From NCBI GenBank assembly GCA_963675595.2, contig CAXXLZ010000002.1:3840001-3904000 (forward strand): 64,000 nucleotides of DNA, in the 5' to 3' direction. The stretch's first letter is position 1. Each line of letters begins with the position of its first letter. The translations under genes were made by a program, and so were the position numbers. The stretch comes from Thermodesulfobacteriota bacterium (lineage in GTDB: Bacteria; Desulfobacterota; Desulfarculia; JACQYL01). The notes under the pieces were generated by a model. That model saw only the letters and a program-made list of their open reading frames with translations, was not told where the DNA came from and ran no database searches. This document shows positions 62,437 to 64,000 of this stretch, piece after piece.

Positions 62437-64000
62437 TTAGGACGGGTCGAACACGCAGTGGTCCGCCTCCTCGTCCAGTCGAATTTCCAGTTTAAGAACG
62501 CCCTCCTCCATTTTGGTCCGGATTTGTCGGCCGATGCGGCAAAAGGTGATGAGCATGCTTCGATTGGAGTCCAGCACGTATGCGCTGAGCACACGGATCC
62601 CGTAGGCGCGGGCGATGTCGGCGAGATAACGGGCCATAAAGGTGCCGATACCCGACCCCTGCAGTTCGTGAGCCACGGTGAAGGCGGCTTCGGCGGTGTC
62701 CTCCTGTTCATCGCGCACATAATTGGCCACCGCCACGATTTGTTCCGACTCGGGGCCGCCCAAAAGGCCCACAATGGTCATGTCTCGAGTGTAGTCTATG
62801 TTGCAGAGCCCCTGCGTGGTCCGATGCGGGAAGGCTTTCACGTTGCCCAAGAAACGGGTCTGCACGTCCTGTTTGGGCAGGGAGTAGTGAAATTCCTGCA
62901 AGGCCCGTTCATCCGTGGGCTTGATGGGACGGAAGAACAGGGTGACCCCGTCCTTGAAGGTTTCGGAAGTCTCCCATCGGTCGGGATATTCCGCACCGTA
63001 ACTACCGGGAAGTACCTGATCGGCATAGACGTAACGGAGCTTTTTCGCTTCCTCCAGCAAAGACTGCCGAAATCTGGGATGGGCGATATTGATCAAAGCA
63101 ACGGCCCGCTCCCGGATGCTTAGTCCCTCCAAGTCCACGGATCCGAATTCCGTCGCCACGAACCGCACGGAGGCCCGGGTGAGCACCACGCCTCCTCCCG
63201 CCGACAAGCGCGCCACAATGCGCGAACGAAGTCCGTCGCCGGAAATGGACGGCAGCACGGTGATTTGTCGGCCGTTCCGTGATAGGGCGGCTCCGTGCTC
63301 AAAATCGGCGGTTCCTCCGAATCCGGTGACAAGCTTGTGGCCGTAAGAATCAGAGCTCACCTGCCCCGTGAGGTCCACCTCGTTGGCCGAACTGATGGAC
63401 ACCATGCGGTCGTGTGATCCGATAACCGTGGCATCGTTGACGTGCTCGGTGGGATGCAACTCGACATCCGGGTTGTCCGAGATGAAATCAAAAAGCCTTT
63501 TTGTGCCCAGACAACAGCTCGTCACAATCTTGCCTTGGTGAATGGTCTTCTCACTGTTGGTTACGGCCCCTGAAAGGACGAGGTCCAAGAAGGCGTCGTG
63601 AAAAATGTCCGTGTGGATGCCCAGGTTCTTCTTTCCTTTCAGGCTTTCCAGCACGCCGGTGCAGGACGGGCTGAGTCCGGCCGCCAAAGTGGAACCGTCT
63701 TCGATGAGGGCCGCGGCCCAATGCCCGATACGCCGGTGGACGTATCCCGGCTCCGCCGTCCGGTATTCGAGAGGCGGTTCATCCACCTCCGACAGCACGT
63801 GGAATCGGCTGAAGTGGAGCGAGGAATCTCCGGAAGTGCGAGGCAGGGAGGGATTGACTTGGGCGATCACCACGGAGGCCGCTTCGCACGCCGCTTTGAC
63901 CACGTCCACTCCGGGACCTAAGGAACACATGCCGTTGTCGTCGGGAGGAGTGACCTGGACCAGGGCCGCGTGCAGCGGAATCCGGCCCGTCTTGAAAAGA
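62437..64000 (-). CDS. Acetyl-CoA hydrolase/transferase domain fused to a C-terminal GNAT acetyltransferase; N-terminus beyond the window
   Basis: CSLGPGVD, IAQVNPSLPRT, LIEDGSTL, EVDLTGQV, TEFG, ERAVALINIAHPRFR; then RPIKPTDE...AEAAFTVAHELQGSGIG (GNAT). Confidence 0.88.
   Translation of the reverse strand, partial: LFKTGRIPLHAALVQVTPPDDNGMCSLGPGVDVVKAACEAASVVIAQVNPSLPRTSGDSSLHFSRFHVLSEVDEPPLEYRTAEPGYVHRRIGHWAAALIEDGSTLAAGLSPSCTGVLESLKGKKNLGIHTDIFHDAFLDLVLSGAVTNSEKTIHQGKIVTSCCLGTKRLFDFISDNPDVELHPTEHVNDATVIGSHDRMVSISSANEVDLTGQVSSDSYGHKLVTGFGGTADFEHGAALSRNGRQITVLPSISGDGLRSRIVARLSAGGGVVLTRASVRFVATEFGSVDLEGLSIRERAVALINIAHPRFRQSLLEEAKKLRYVYADQVLPGSYGAEYPDRWETSETFKDGVTLFFRPIKPTDERALQEFHYSLPKQDVQTRFLGNVKAFPHRTTQGLCNIDYTRDMTIVGLLGGPESEQIVAVANYVRDEQEDTAEAAFTVAHELQGSGIGTFMARYLADIARAYGIRVLSAYVLDSNRSMLITFCRIGRQIRTKMEEGVLKLEIRLDEEADHCVFDPS

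Overview
Bacterial chromosomal window. The 16S rRNA and gene content point to an anaerobic Desulfobacterota (deltaproteobacterial) organism. Left to right: an HD-GYP response regulator with a hybrid PAS histidine kinase; an hmuSTUV-like operon (DUF2162, ExbB-like, DUF2149, BtuF-CbiZ fusion, exported CobN-like chelatase) with a tandem dimer of an IS1182-like element just upstream; a housekeeping block (K+ channel, hpt, mreBCD-mrdA-rodA, atpF'FHAGDC, glmS, zapB/zapA, rny, ymdB); and a full rrn operon (16S-tRNAIle-tRNAAla-23S-5S). An accessory region follows. Its best candidate for an undescribed system is a compact fatty-acid/polyketide-like cluster (ACP, two paralogous radical SAM enzymes, two paralogous FabF-type ketosynthases, thioesterase, stand-alone PKS-type dehydratase), preceded by an MlaF-type ATPase fused to a degenerate GGDEF domain with an intact I-site. 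Next come a ParB/Srx-like gene coupled to an MtrA-like/ThyA-like/DUF4346 fusion with an altered active site, a divergent pair of paralogous four-cysteine microproteins, an octaheme HAO-family cytochrome and a CoA-transferase-GNAT fusion. Family assignments come from motif recognition by eye; no database searches were run.
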